From: a virus
DNA: 64,000 nucleotides
IMG/VR virus record: IMGVR_UViG_3300044730_001822
Location: 32,001 to 96,000 of that record
Direction: 5' to 3' (one strand)
The notes beneath the pieces were generated by a model, which saw nothing but the letters and a program-made list of their open reading frames with translations, had not been told where the DNA came from and searched no databases. The position numbers and the translations under genes were made by a program. Positions 34,746-43,883 of this stretch are shown here, piece after piece. Numbering within the stretch: the first letter of the stretch is position 1; the number at the start of each line of letters is the position of its first letter.

Positions 34746-37133
34746 TTACATTGATACCTGGAGTAATTTGGCGTTGATGTCATTGCCGGTGCTCATTTTA
34801 TCGTTGATGTTCTGCAGTTTGTCTATCATGACCTGCATTTGATCTCCGCTGGCAAAACGGTTCAGTGCCTGTATCATGGCTTCGGATTTTTCCAATTGCT
34901 GTTGTAATACTGCGCTTTGTCTGTTGATAGCATCGTTCAGTATGGGAAGATTTTGATCAAACGAAGCAGTGTTCAACTGCGAGGCTCCAGTGTCTTTGAA
35001 GGATACGGGTATGCTGCGATTGTTCGACAGCGGTACTATGGCTTCTAAACCGTGCAGCATGGCCATGTATCCTGATTTAGGCCCTTGGGATATACCACCA
35101 TCAGCAAAACCGCCTTTGTCGCCTGCTGAACCCTTTTGAAAAATATGCACAGGATCTCTGGGATCATGATCAAAACCAAAACGTTGTATCATGCCGCTGC
35201 GCAATAAATCTGTTACTTGACCTCCGGGCAAATCAATAGCCAGACCCTTTTCGTGGCGGCTGAATCCTGGTTTTGCAGCGGGTATGCCTGTGTAACCTCT
35301 GGCCTTGTAGGCCTCATACAGTTTTTTTTGTGTTTCTTCTGATCTTTTAGAACTTACAACTACTAATTTTTCTCCAGTTAATTTACGATATTCATCGGCC
35401 ATTCTCAAAAACTGAATCTGAACTTCGTCTGCCAAGTCAAAAAATGCTGCTTTGCCTCCAGAGTCATTTTGGAATGTAACCAGCTCGTCGATGGAAGTCA
35501 GTAAAGATTCTTCATCCATACGCTTGGTAGCTATTCTATCAGCATATGCCTGTAGACTCTTGCCTGTTTCACGTGCGCCCAAAGCCGAAAGACCTTTGCC
35601 AAGTAAACTAGTTGCTCCTTCAGCAGCTCTTCTACCTAGTGCTCCAATACCTGAACGACTGCCAACTTCACCAGCACCAATCCTTTCTAGATTATCTATA
35701 CCCCGGACCGCAGATTTATCGCTGGTCACTGATTGACCTAACCCACCGCGCGCAGGCTGTTCCAATTGTGGTATGTCAATACCTAGTTCTTTGCTGATTC
35801 TCCTGACAGCACTATTAAGAACAGTAGTAAATGCACTGACTGCTGGAACAGCAAACTCTACTAGACTAAATGAAAGTGCCGATATACTTCGACTCATATC
35901 TTCAAGTTTTGACTGTGCCAATGTCACCGATTCAGTCATCTTGTCAGTTGGTTTTTGATCTTCTTTGGCTGTTTTGCCTGCTCCTCGAATTTGTCTAGTA
36001 GCAGTCTGGACAGCTCCTGCAAGCTTTAAATATGGAGAGCCTTCGTCGCCTTTGAATCTGGCACGTTGTTCACTGACCTTGAGATTTGCATTGATAGCGT
36101 CTTGTATTCGCTCGGCTCCTTCTTGGTCAGTGATTCGTCTGGCTTTTATATCCTCAATCACTTGCCTACTGATACCACCGGTGCTTCTGTACAGTGCTTT
36201 GGATGCGTCGGTTGTCACGGCAAAGAGACTGTCTCTTATTCCTTGCGCCTGCTCTCCCGTAAATCTTGCTTGCAGAGATTTTATACTATTTCCTACATCT
36301 GTTGGCAGACTACGTATGCCAGCTAGGAATCGTCCTTCGCTCATTGCTGCGTCAAGTTGGCTCCTTACAGCTTTACGACTTTCGCCAGTGAGTTTGGCCA
36401 GTCTATCTATTTCCAGCGCATATTCATGGCTGCCTTTGATTAACTCTTGTTGAGATCGTTGTGATTGATTACCCAGCATCAGTTGCTGGTTCATAAAACT
36501 GGCAACTGCGTCTCCCATTTCGTCTGCGTTGTAGCCAATGTTACGCAAGCCGCGTCCAAATTGACTGTTGGGATCTGCTAGAGTGCCTACTATCTTAGAA
36601 AAGTCTTCGGCACCTGTACCCACTGTACCTTTAAACCGTGCCAGCACATTGGCATTTTCACTGACAGCACGTTGAAAACCTTGCAGGGTCATGCGCGAAG
36701 TTAAAAACTGTTGTCTTAATCCTGTCAGTCCTTTGGAGGTCAGCGCACCAACCTGAGACATCTCTTGAAAGCTCTTGGTTGCAGTATCCAATTGATCCAG
36801 TAAAAATTTTGCACCTTCTCCGGCCAGTTTCAGACTACCTGCAATCATATTACCCGCAAAGGGTAATGTTTTAGCCAATTCACCTAACGCGCCAGTGACG
36901 CCATCTATCAGAGGGTTTAAACTTTTGAAACTGGCTTCACCGTTGGCCATGCCTTTGGTAAATCCCGCTAGACCGTTGGCTGCACTTTGGCTGGCCATGC
37001 CAACTGCTTGAAGATTTTTGGCAAATTCTTTGGTACCTAGACCTAATTTGCGCATTTCTTCCGTAGTGAGTGCAATGCCGTTGCGCTGCTTTTCAAATAG
37101 CATTGACAGTTCTTCTGATGATATGTCGGCCAT
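34746..37133 (-). CDS. Tape-measure-like protein with a C-terminal peptidase M15 (VanY-type) domain
   Basis: Long Ala/Gly helical region, then V.S..RS...Q..LY...AAKPGFSRHEKGLAID...DPVH, then FADGG...LHG.EAIVPL. Confidence 0.75.
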   Translation of the reverse strand: MADISSEELSMLFEKQRNGIALTTEEMRKLGLGTKEFAKNLQAVGMASQSAANGLAGFTKGMANGEASFKSLNPLIDGVTGALGELAKTLPFAGNMIAGSLKLAGEGAKFLLDQLDTATKSFQEMSQVGALTSKGLTGLRQQFLTSRMTLQGFQRAVSENANVLARFKGTVGTGAEDFSKIVGTLADPNSQFGRGLRNIGYNADEMGDAVASFMNQQLMLGNQSQRSQQELIKGSHEYALEIDRLAKLTGESRKAVRSQLDAAMSEGRFLAGIRSLPTDVGNSIKSLQARFTGEQAQGIRDSLFAVTTDASKALYRSTGGISRQVIEDIKARRITDQEGAERIQDAINANLKVSEQRARFKGDEGSPYLKLAGAVQTATRQIRGAGKTAKEDQKPTDKMTESVTLAQSKLEDMSRSISALSFSLVEFAVPAVSAFTTVLNSAVRRISKELGIDIPQLEQPARGGLGQSVTSDKSAVRGIDNLERIGAGEVGSRSGIGALGRRAAEGATSLLGKGLSALGARETGKSLQAYADRIATKRMDEESLLTSIDELVTFQNDSGGKAAFFDLADEVQIQFLRMADEYRKLTGEKLVVVSSKRSEETQKKLYEAYKARGYTGIPAAKPGFSRHEKGLAIDLPGGQVTDLLRSGMIQRFGFDHDPRDPVHIFQKGSAGDKGGFADGGISQGPKSGYMAMLHGLEAIVPLSNNRSIPVSFKDTGASQLNTASFDQNLPILNDAINRQSAVLQQQLEKSEAMIQALNRFASGDQMQVMIDKLQNINDKMSTGNDINAKLLQVSM

Positions 37134-37196
37134 GATGTTTTACTTTAGGTGGGAAATTAGCATAATAAGTAAGTTTATCTATTTATCCACCAAAAA

Positions 37197-38054
37197 ATGA
37201 ACCCAGAACGCAACCCGCTTCAGCAGTTTTTTAGAAAACCTGTGCTGGATGTCACATTGCCATCCCGGGGATCCCAATGGCCCAAGGATCACGTTGAATT
37301 TACAGAATCCATGGAACTTGAAGTTTTTCCCATGACTGCTATGGATTCTTTTGCGTATCATGCGCCAGGAGGTTTACTCAATGGAGAGATACTGGTACCT
37401 GCCATTGAAAACTGCGTACCAGGAATTAAAAATGCTTGGTCGATTCCTTCCTGTGATTTTTTTACGGTATTGTTGGCCATGTACGTTGCCACCTATGGTC
37501 AGCAGGTTACCATAGAATCTTCTTGTGTTGAATGCCAAAACACCAACAATTTGGACATTGACCTTGCTCTGCTGTTGAAGGATCACCCCGATCCCGAATA
37601 TAAATCTTTGGAATTTGGAGAGTATACAGTGTATTTCAAACCCCTGTCTTATCAGCAGATCAGCCAAAACGGCACCATTGAACTGCAACAACAAAAAACT
37701 TTGTTGGCTTTTAGTGATCCCGAATTATCTGAAGAAATCAAAACTCAATATCTAAATCGATTGTTACAATCTATCATGAACTCTGTTATGAGTGTCATGA
37801 CTCAAAGTATTAGCAAGATTGTTTATCAAAATCACACAGTAGACAATCAACAACACATATCCGAATTTGTTAAAAAATGCGATAGAGAAGTTTTTATCAG
37901 CATCAAAGATCATATTTTTGAATACAAAAAAACCACAGAAAATCGATCCATTGATGCAACATGTAAACAGTGCCAGTGTCAGTATCAACATCAGTTTGAC
38001 ATAGACCAAATTAGATTTGTCAACGATGTCAACAATTTGCAAATCAACAGGTAA
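37197..38054 (+). CDS. Baseplate hub assembly chaperone, gp26-like (divergent paralog 1)
   Basis: NPLQQFFRKP...LPSRG, V.PMT..D, L.NG, CVP.IKNAW, ATYG, two CxxC pairs. Confidence 0.7.
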   Translation: MNPERNPLQQFFRKPVLDVTLPSRGSQWPKDHVEFTESMELEVFPMTAMDSFAYHAPGGLLNGEILVPAIENCVPGIKNAWSIPSCDFFTVLLAMYVATYGQQVTIESSCVECQNTNNLDIDLALLLKDHPDPEYKSLEFGEYTVYFKPLSYQQISQNGTIELQQQKTLLAFSDPELSEEIKTQYLNRLLQSIMNSVMSVMTQSISKIVYQNHTVDNQQHISEFVKKCDREVFISIKDHIFEYKKTTENRSIDATCKQCQCQYQHQFDIDQIRFVNDVNNLQINR

Positions 38055-38059
38055 AAGCC

Positions 38060-38899
38060 ATGAACACAACCAATCCACTAAACAAGTATTTTAGGCAACC
38101 AACCATCTACATGAGATTGCCCAGCCAAGGACAGCACTATCCACAGGGATCATTGGAAATGCCTGAAAATTCCGAGCTACCAGTCTATCCCATGACAGTG
38201 CGCGACGAAATCATGAATCGCACACCTGATGCACTGTTCAATGGTGACAGTGTGGTAGCATTGATTGAAAGCTGCGTGCCAAATATTAAAAATGCCTGGG
38301 CAGTGCCCAGCGTTGACATGGATGCTATATTGATCGCCATCAAGATTGCCACCTATGGCAAGGATCTTGAAATCACTGGAATGTGCTCACACTGTAAAGA
38401 ATATTCAGATTATATCATAGACCTCAACAAGCAATTGGCACAGTTTGGTCGCAGTGATTATTCGATGCCGTCCAAGATCGGACAATTTACTATTGCATTC
38501 AGACCTTTAAGTTACAAAGAGATCAACGAAACCAGTCAACAACAGTTTGCTGAGCAAAAAATACTAGATGTCATGCCCGAATCTAATCTAAGCGACAAAG
38601 AAAAACTTCAAGAAATAAACAAGCTGCTGATCAAGATCACTGATGGCTCAGTGATAACATTAAGTAAAAGCATAGAGTCTATCCGAACCGATGAGGTCAT
38701 TGTCAACGACGAACAGCAGATCAAGGAGTTTTTAGACAATTGCTCTAGTACAGTGTTCAATGCGATCAAAGATGCTGCCATAGAAAAACGCAGCGCCGGT
38801 ATGTTAAAACCTTTGAATCTTACCTGTAATCATTGTAACAAAACCTATCAACAAACTTTGACACTGGATACCTCAAATTTTTTCGGGCCCAGCTCCTAA
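38060..38899 (+). CDS. gp26: Baseplate hub assembly chaperone, gp26-like (paralog 2), ending at a slippery site
   Basis: NPLNKYFRQP...LPSQG, VYPMT.RDE..N.TPDAL.NG, D.DAILIAIKIATYG, two CxxC pairs, C-terminal LDTSNFF. Confidence 0.8.
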   Translation: MNTTNPLNKYFRQPTIYMRLPSQGQHYPQGSLEMPENSELPVYPMTVRDEIMNRTPDALFNGDSVVALIESCVPNIKNAWAVPSVDMDAILIAIKIATYGKDLEITGMCSHCKEYSDYIIDLNKQLAQFGRSDYSMPSKIGQFTIAFRPLSYKEINETSQQQFAEQKILDVMPESNLSDKEKLQEINKLLIKITDGSVITLSKSIESIRTDEVIVNDEQQIKEFLDNCSSTVFNAIKDAAIEKRSAGMLKPLNLTCNHCNKTYQQTLTLDTSNFFGPSS

Positions 38900-38901
38900 T
38901 A

Positions 38902-39114
38902 TTGCCTGAAGATCAAGTCGACGCATTAGTCGAACAGATGGAAAAAGATGTTAATAATATTAGGAGCGAGGTATGGGAAATGTCCTGGCTTAGCCGGGGA
39001 GGAATATCCTACGAAGATGCTTTTTATCTCAGCGTAACAGATAGAAAAATATTCAATGATATGACCAAACGTCACTTGGATACCACTAAAAAATCTGGAC
39101 TACCTTACTTTTGA
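38902..39114 (+). CDS. gp51-like small baseplate assembly ORF, probably reached by -1 frameshift
   Basis: W.SRGGISYEDAF.LS..DR motif. No SD before TTG 38902 or ATG 38938. In frame with a -1 slip at 38875-38884. Confidence 0.65.
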   Translation: MPEDQVDALVEQMEKDVNNIRSEVWEMSWLSRGGISYEDAFYLSVTDRKIFNDMTKRHLDTTKKSGLPYF

Positions 39115-39650
39115 TTTTGGTCAATGTGAGATCAGAATCTGACATTATCTTACACACTTGATTGTCTTAATAGATCACTGCGTGATCTTCAGATTTCGCT
39201 TGCGCTCATCTGAATTTTTATACATCCTAGTTTTACTGTCAAAACCTTTTGTTACTTTAAACTGATTTCCTAGAACCTTGAGTCGTAGTTCACCCTGAGC
39301 GGGCGAACTATCGCTTGCCATGATTAGAGTTTTCCCGTCACCTGGAAGAGCCGTCAGATTAAGAAGATTGTAGTCTGGTACACTACACGGAGGCGGTTGA
39401 CCGGTACCCCCTACTTCAGCGTTCATTTCAACGGTACTGACTGCAGACCCATCTGACGAATCTACTGCCAGCGCAGGTTGTTGCTTTTTCACAGTGCCTG
39501 CATCTTTTGTGCTACATTTTTCGCTCTAGGAGCATGGATATGTGCTAACTCATCTATTGCGAGCGACTCTCCACACCCAGGGCCCTGAGGGTCCATCTTG
39601 GAGACTGGCATTCCAGCAGCCAGCGCAGGTCTTGTTGTAGGGTTCTGTAG
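39115..39650 (-). ncRNA. Candidate large structured non-coding RNA (alternative: replication origin)
   Basis: Largest gap without a convincing gene in the window. Contains at least 8 stems, an 8-bp long-range pair (39352-39359 with 39451-39458), and G-U pairs valid on the minus strand. Confidence 0.45.
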
Positions 39651-40160
39651 TTAGGCAGCGCAATACTGCCGGACTAGATCAGCGTTTGTTTCCCAGAACT
39701 GATCGTAATCCATGATATACCAATGATCGTGTTTGATGGAGCCGTAGTTGAATTGTCTAGATAGGAGATGGTCTCTGTGAGCCTGAGTTGCGATGTATTT
39801 GCCTTTACGATTGAATTTCATGATCAATATGTTGTAGTCACCGGGATCGGCAACGTCCATCAGTTGATCAAGCCACGTTTCTAAAACAGCAACCTGCCCT
39901 TGGAACAGTTGATGGAATGGAAAGTCTGCATACGACTTGCATTCACAATTGAATCGCGGAAAACTCTGCCCGGGTATGATGTCGCCTTTGAAAGCGCGGA
40001 TCTGACCTTCGTGTAGTGTTTGTTTGCGATGTGTGTTCTTGCCACCAATGTATGCGCCTGAATTGGGCACACGGGTAAAAGTTTCTCCATAGAGTTCAGT
40101 TAGGTGCAGTGCTACTGCTCGTTCCCAACTGGATCCTTTGGATTTACTTTTTGATGGCAT
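39651..40160 (-). CDS. Holliday-junction-resolvase-like PD-(D/E)XK nuclease (start revised to MPSKSKSKG)
   Basis: SKSKGSSWER.VA..L, R.P.SGA, GDI, ECK. TAACTA lies 7 nt upstream of ATG 40160. Confidence 0.75.
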   Translation of the reverse strand: MPSKSKSKGSSWERAVALHLTELYGETFTRVPNSGAYIGGKNTHRKQTLHEGQIRAFKGDIIPGQSFPRFNCECKSYADFPFHQLFQGQVAVLETWLDQLMDVADPGDYNILIMKFNRKGKYIATQAHRDHLLSRQFNYGSIKHDHWYIMDYDQFWETNADLVRQYCAA

Positions 40161-40198
40161 AGGCAGATAGTTAGCTGAGTCTAGAGTCTGTTCAAAAT

Positions 40199-41962
40199 TT
40201 AATTGGTCACGTCTGTGGCATAGGAAGTAAAGCCACCTTCTTTGACCACTTTCAAGATGTTTTCCACACGTCCGGCCAGTTCGTCTTTGTGCGACACCAA
40301 CCAAACACTTTTGTTGCGCTCTCTGGTCATTTTCTTCAGCAGGGCCAGTGCATTTTCCACACCTGATGAATCCATACCAGAATCTATCAGTTCGTCAATG
40401 AACAACACATTCACCGGCGAGTATAAACTTTCCCACACATCACGAAACGCCCAGGACAGACTCAGTATCAAGCGGTTGCGCTCACCGCGCGAAAGATTGT
40501 CAAAGTCCAGGTCCCGGCCCAGTTCTGTGATCTGTACAGTTAGATCGTTTTGGAATACCACTGTGTGCGGCAAACCTATGCGATCTAGATAGTGCGTGAG
40601 CCTGCTGTTGAGATATGAAAGATTCTGATCAATGATCTTTTTGCGCACAAACGAATCTTTGCTGGTCAGCAGTTTCAACAAGAAGTCCTGATGATCCTGC
40701 AGTCGTTTCAGTTGATTGACCATATCATAGTCAATTTCAACCAAGGCCTGCTGCTGCATTTCTTCAATCTGTTCTGCATAAGGATCAGTCTCGGCCTGTT
40801 TGTTTTTCAAGTTCAGTTCAGCACTGGCCAGTCTACTGCGATGCTCGTGCGCATCTGCTTCTTGATCATAATACACCTTGGGCTGTGTGCCCAGCGGACC
40901 TACCGCTGTAACTGCCAGGGATAACTCTGCAAGATCTTGATTGATCTTTTGTAAGTTTGCTTGTGACTGTGATAGATCCTGCTGTTTGCTGGTCAGCATC
41001 TTGCCGTGATCGTCGTCGTGTAGATCCTGACCGCAGGCATGACAGCGATGATCCTGTAGGCTGGCTATTTCTTTGGTGATCTTGTCTATCAATCGAGATT
41101 CGCGACCGGCGTCGGTTTGCCCACGGGCAATGGCAGCACCAAGATCTTTGAGATCTTTGGCACGCTGATTGTAGGCCAATAGATCACGATGCGCCTGCAG
41201 TTCGGCTTCTATGTCTAGATGGCCGAGTTCATCCACTTGACGTTGCAGTGCAGTGATATCTTCGTCGCGTTTGTTGATCCAAAGAGTTTGCCTGCGTTTC
41301 AAACTTTCTATCTGTTCTTCCATGCGGCGATTGGCTTCGATCATGGCCTTGATGCGATGCTCTTCTTGGCTCATGGCGTCTTTGGTTTCACGCATTTCTT
41401 CCTTGAGCAGATCGGCTTTTTCGCTCAGCAAGGTGATGCCCAACAGCTGTTCAATGATGGCACGCTGATCATTGGCCTTGAGGCTGAGGAACGGTTCGGT
41501 GTAGGTGTTCAGTGCCAAGATGTGCTTGAACATATCGTGGGTCATGCCCAGGGTGCGTTCTATGGCCAACTGTGTTTCTCTAGAGTCACCTTGGCTGTTG
41601 TCGTCTTCGGTTTGCTGTACTTCGTCGTCAATGCTGAATTTAAGTACATTGGGCTTGCGTCCACGCTCGATACGATAGCGCTGACTGTTCACATTGAAAT
41701 CCAAACTCACGATCATGTTCTTGGCATTGGTCTTGTTTATGAGATTGTCTTTGCGTATGTTGGTCAGGGCCTGTCCATACAAGGCATAACTCAAGGCATT
41801 GATTATGGTGGTTTTGCCGGTGCCGTTGCGCGAACCATCGCCACCAAGGTCTAGATTTTCGCCCAGGACCAAGGTTAGATCTTGGCGATCAAAGTCAATG
41901 CCTTGTGTGGTATTGCCCACACTCATGAAATTTTTCACAGTGAGTTTGTTGATGCGTATCAT
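40199..41962 (-). CDS. gp46: Recombination nuclease ATPase subunit (Rad50/SbcC family)
   Basis: KNFMSVGN, Walker A NGTGKTT, zinc hook CHAC, signature LSRGE, Walker B FIDE, H-loop VSH. Confidence 0.95.
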   Translation of the reverse strand: MIRINKLTVKNFMSVGNTTQGIDFDRQDLTLVLGENLDLGGDGSRNGTGKTTIINALSYALYGQALTNIRKDNLINKTNAKNMIVSLDFNVNSQRYRIERGRKPNVLKFSIDDEVQQTEDDNSQGDSRETQLAIERTLGMTHDMFKHILALNTYTEPFLSLKANDQRAIIEQLLGITLLSEKADLLKEEMRETKDAMSQEEHRIKAMIEANRRMEEQIESLKRRQTLWINKRDEDITALQRQVDELGHLDIEAELQAHRDLLAYNQRAKDLKDLGAAIARGQTDAGRESRLIDKITKEIASLQDHRCHACGQDLHDDDHGKMLTSKQQDLSQSQANLQKINQDLAELSLAVTAVGPLGTQPKVYYDQEADAHEHRSRLASAELNLKNKQAETDPYAEQIEEMQQQALVEIDYDMVNQLKRLQDHQDFLLKLLTSKDSFVRKKIIDQNLSYLNSRLTHYLDRIGLPHTVVFQNDLTVQITELGRDLDFDNLSRGERNRLILSLSWAFRDVWESLYSPVNVLFIDELIDSGMDSSGVENALALLKKMTRERNKSVWLVSHKDELAGRVENILKVVKEGGFTSYATDVTN

Positions 41963-42975
41963 AGTCTATGCCATATTTCCAACAGCAGCTTGTTGTCGTA
42001 GTGATCGCTGCCAATGTCTGTGATCTGCTGTGTGACGATCTGATCCACGGATTCAAATTTCACATTGCCTGGTGCTAGATCAGTTTCAACACCTTGCATC
42101 TTGTTGGGTATTAAACTGACTTCTCTGAGTTTGTATTTTTCGTGGAACGTTTCTTTGATAAAGTTGGCTTCTTCGTAGGATATGTCTATGTCCAACTGCA
42201 GTCTAGCGTGCATACCTGAGCGGAAAACTCGATCCGCAGAATCTATAGCAGTGCTGAGATTCATCACACGATAAGTGGGCTGGTCGGGCCAGGCATGATA
42301 CACAGGTTCTTGTCCCCACTCCAAGATCATGAGTCCACGAGCATCATCCCCGGCATCTGCATAGTTGTGCGGGAAACAGTTGCCTATGTAGGTCACATTC
42401 CTTTTGGTCTGACGCATATGGAAGTGTCCAGAAAACACATGACCTGCACTGGCTAGATCATCTGCAGACAGTTCACCGTGGCTGGGCATTTCTACCATGG
42501 CGTTCATAAGGAATGTGGGCAGTTCAAAGTGCCCAAACACATACTGCTTGTCTAGGAAACGAAGCTTTTTATGATCCTCGCCAACGAGCCAAGGACAGAT
42601 AGCAACATCACTGCCACTAAACCAATCGTTGACAATATTAACTCGCGGTAAGTGTCTAGCCCAAGCCACGCTTTGAATATCACGACGATCGCGATAGTAC
42701 AGGTCATGATTCCCAGGAATAAAATAAACAGCATCAAAGTTGTCATTGAGATGTTCTAAGGCTCGTAAACTATAATTTAGTGTCACGATGTTGATGTTGG
42801 CACGATTGTTGTGCCAGTCTCCCAGGAACATGGCCACATCGCAACCTTGTCGTTTGGCCTCGGCAGTGGCCCAGATTACGAAATTCAAACAGTCTTCATT
42901 GTGCAGTTGGCTGTTGGACTTGAGTCCAAAGTGGATGTCCGTAAAGACAGCAGCCTTCTTGAAAAGTTTATCCAT
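41959..42975 (-). CDS. gp47: Recombination nuclease subunit (Mre11/SbcD family)
   Basis: Metallophosphoesterase motifs DIHFG, GDWH, GNHD, GHFE, SGHFH, YIG. Confidence 0.95.
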   Translation of the reverse strand: MDKLFKKAAVFTDIHFGLKSNSQLHNEDCLNFVIWATAEAKRQGCDVAMFLGDWHNNRANINIVTLNYSLRALEHLNDNFDAVYFIPGNHDLYYRDRRDIQSVAWARHLPRVNIVNDWFSGSDVAICPWLVGEDHKKLRFLDKQYVFGHFELPTFLMNAMVEMPSHGELSADDLASAGHVFSGHFHMRQTKRNVTYIGNCFPHNYADAGDDARGLMILEWGQEPVYHAWPDQPTYRVMNLSTAIDSADRVFRSGMHARLQLDIDISYEEANFIKETFHEKYKLREVSLIPNKMQGVETDLAPGNVKFESVDQIVTQQITDIGSDHYDNKLLLEIWHRL

Positions 42976-42993
42976 AGAGTGCTAGTGTAGCAG

Positions 42994-43863
42994 TTATTCT
43001 TCGTATTTCACAGTCTGATTGGACATTTGTCTTGTCCAACTGGGATTGAGTCCATTGATTTCCAATATGTCATCTCTGATGTTTTGATTTTTCTTTTCTT
43101 CGTTGAGCACACGAGTAAAGGAATTGGTTATGGCTGCTGTGTAGTAAGCAAAAGGATTGTCTGATTTTGATTCATCAAATTTCAATCCAATCTGGCTCAA
43201 TTGCAGCAGTGCGGTGCCGCGCATTTCTTCGTTGTAGGTATAACCACGCCAGTTTGATCGGGTGGCATAGCGCTCGCACAGTTTGATAAACATATGTGCC
43301 AGTTTGTTGGTCATCTTGCCGTGTTCTTTGCAAAACACTCCGGTGTCAAGATCTCCGGACCAGTGGCTGCGACCCACGATGTAAGGATCTTTGTCATCCG
43401 TGAGCCGGAAGTGTTCAAACGGCGGAAAGTTCAATCTGATATGTGTCTGTGCCACGGGTTCTTCTTCGGGCACGATATCAACTATTTCGGCCAAGGGATC
43501 TTCCTCGGGCAGTTCTTCCCAACCAAACAGTTCTTCCACAGATTTCTTCTTGGCCTGGGCCTTGGGCACTTTTTTAGGAGCCATGGGAATATGCTCCCAG
43601 GTCATGATGCGAAATACCAAATCCGTGTGCGGAACTTTCTTTTCGGCCAGCTCCTCACCGGTTTCTCGGCGTATGCGATCTATGCGATTACGGCGTGCCT
43701 GCGCTATGGTATTGCGATTGATCTTGGCAACACTGGCCAAGATGATGTCATACTGATGATCCAGTGTTCTGTCAGCATAGTAGCAGTAGGTGTTTTTGCT
43801 AAGGTGTATTTCTTTCAGTAAATCTCGGTTGTTTAGATAGTTTCTGGGTGCGGCCAATGCCAT
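42994..43863 (-). CDS. gp55: Late-transcription sigma factor, gp55-like
   Basis: NYLNNRDL..EI, R.NWRGYTYNEEM, KFDESKSDNPFAYYT....NSF.RVL..EKK. Adjacent to gp47/gp46 as in T4-like genomes. Confidence 0.85.
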   Translation of the reverse strand: MALAAPRNYLNNRDLLKEIHLSKNTYCYYADRTLDHQYDIILASVAKINRNTIAQARRNRIDRIRRETGEELAEKKVPHTDLVFRIMTWEHIPMAPKKVPKAQAKKKSVEELFGWEELPEEDPLAEIVDIVPEEEPVAQTHIRLNFPPFEHFRLTDDKDPYIVGRSHWSGDLDTGVFCKEHGKMTNKLAHMFIKLCERYATRSNWRGYTYNEEMRGTALLQLSQIGLKFDESKSDNPFAYYTAAITNSFTRVLNEEKKNQNIRDDILEINGLNPSWTRQMSNQTVKYEE

Positions 43864-43883
43864 GGTCAATCCTTGTTAGAATG

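Noticed and set aside
39175-39492. 105-aa minus-strand ORF as a real gene
   Set aside because: GTG start without SD, no recognisable motif, and it coincides with dense base-paired structure. Disfavoured but not fully excluded.
39270-39650. Group I/II intron, RNase P RNA or tmRNA identity
   Set aside because: Only loose GACTA/TAGT resemblance to group I P7. There is no interrupted host gene, no group II domain V, no GAGGAAAGTCC and no tRNA-like ends.
40161-40304. N-terminal extension of the resolvase ORF
   Set aside because: It overlaps the gp46 C-terminus; the family-typical start MPSKSKSKG at 40160 has its own promoter-like box.
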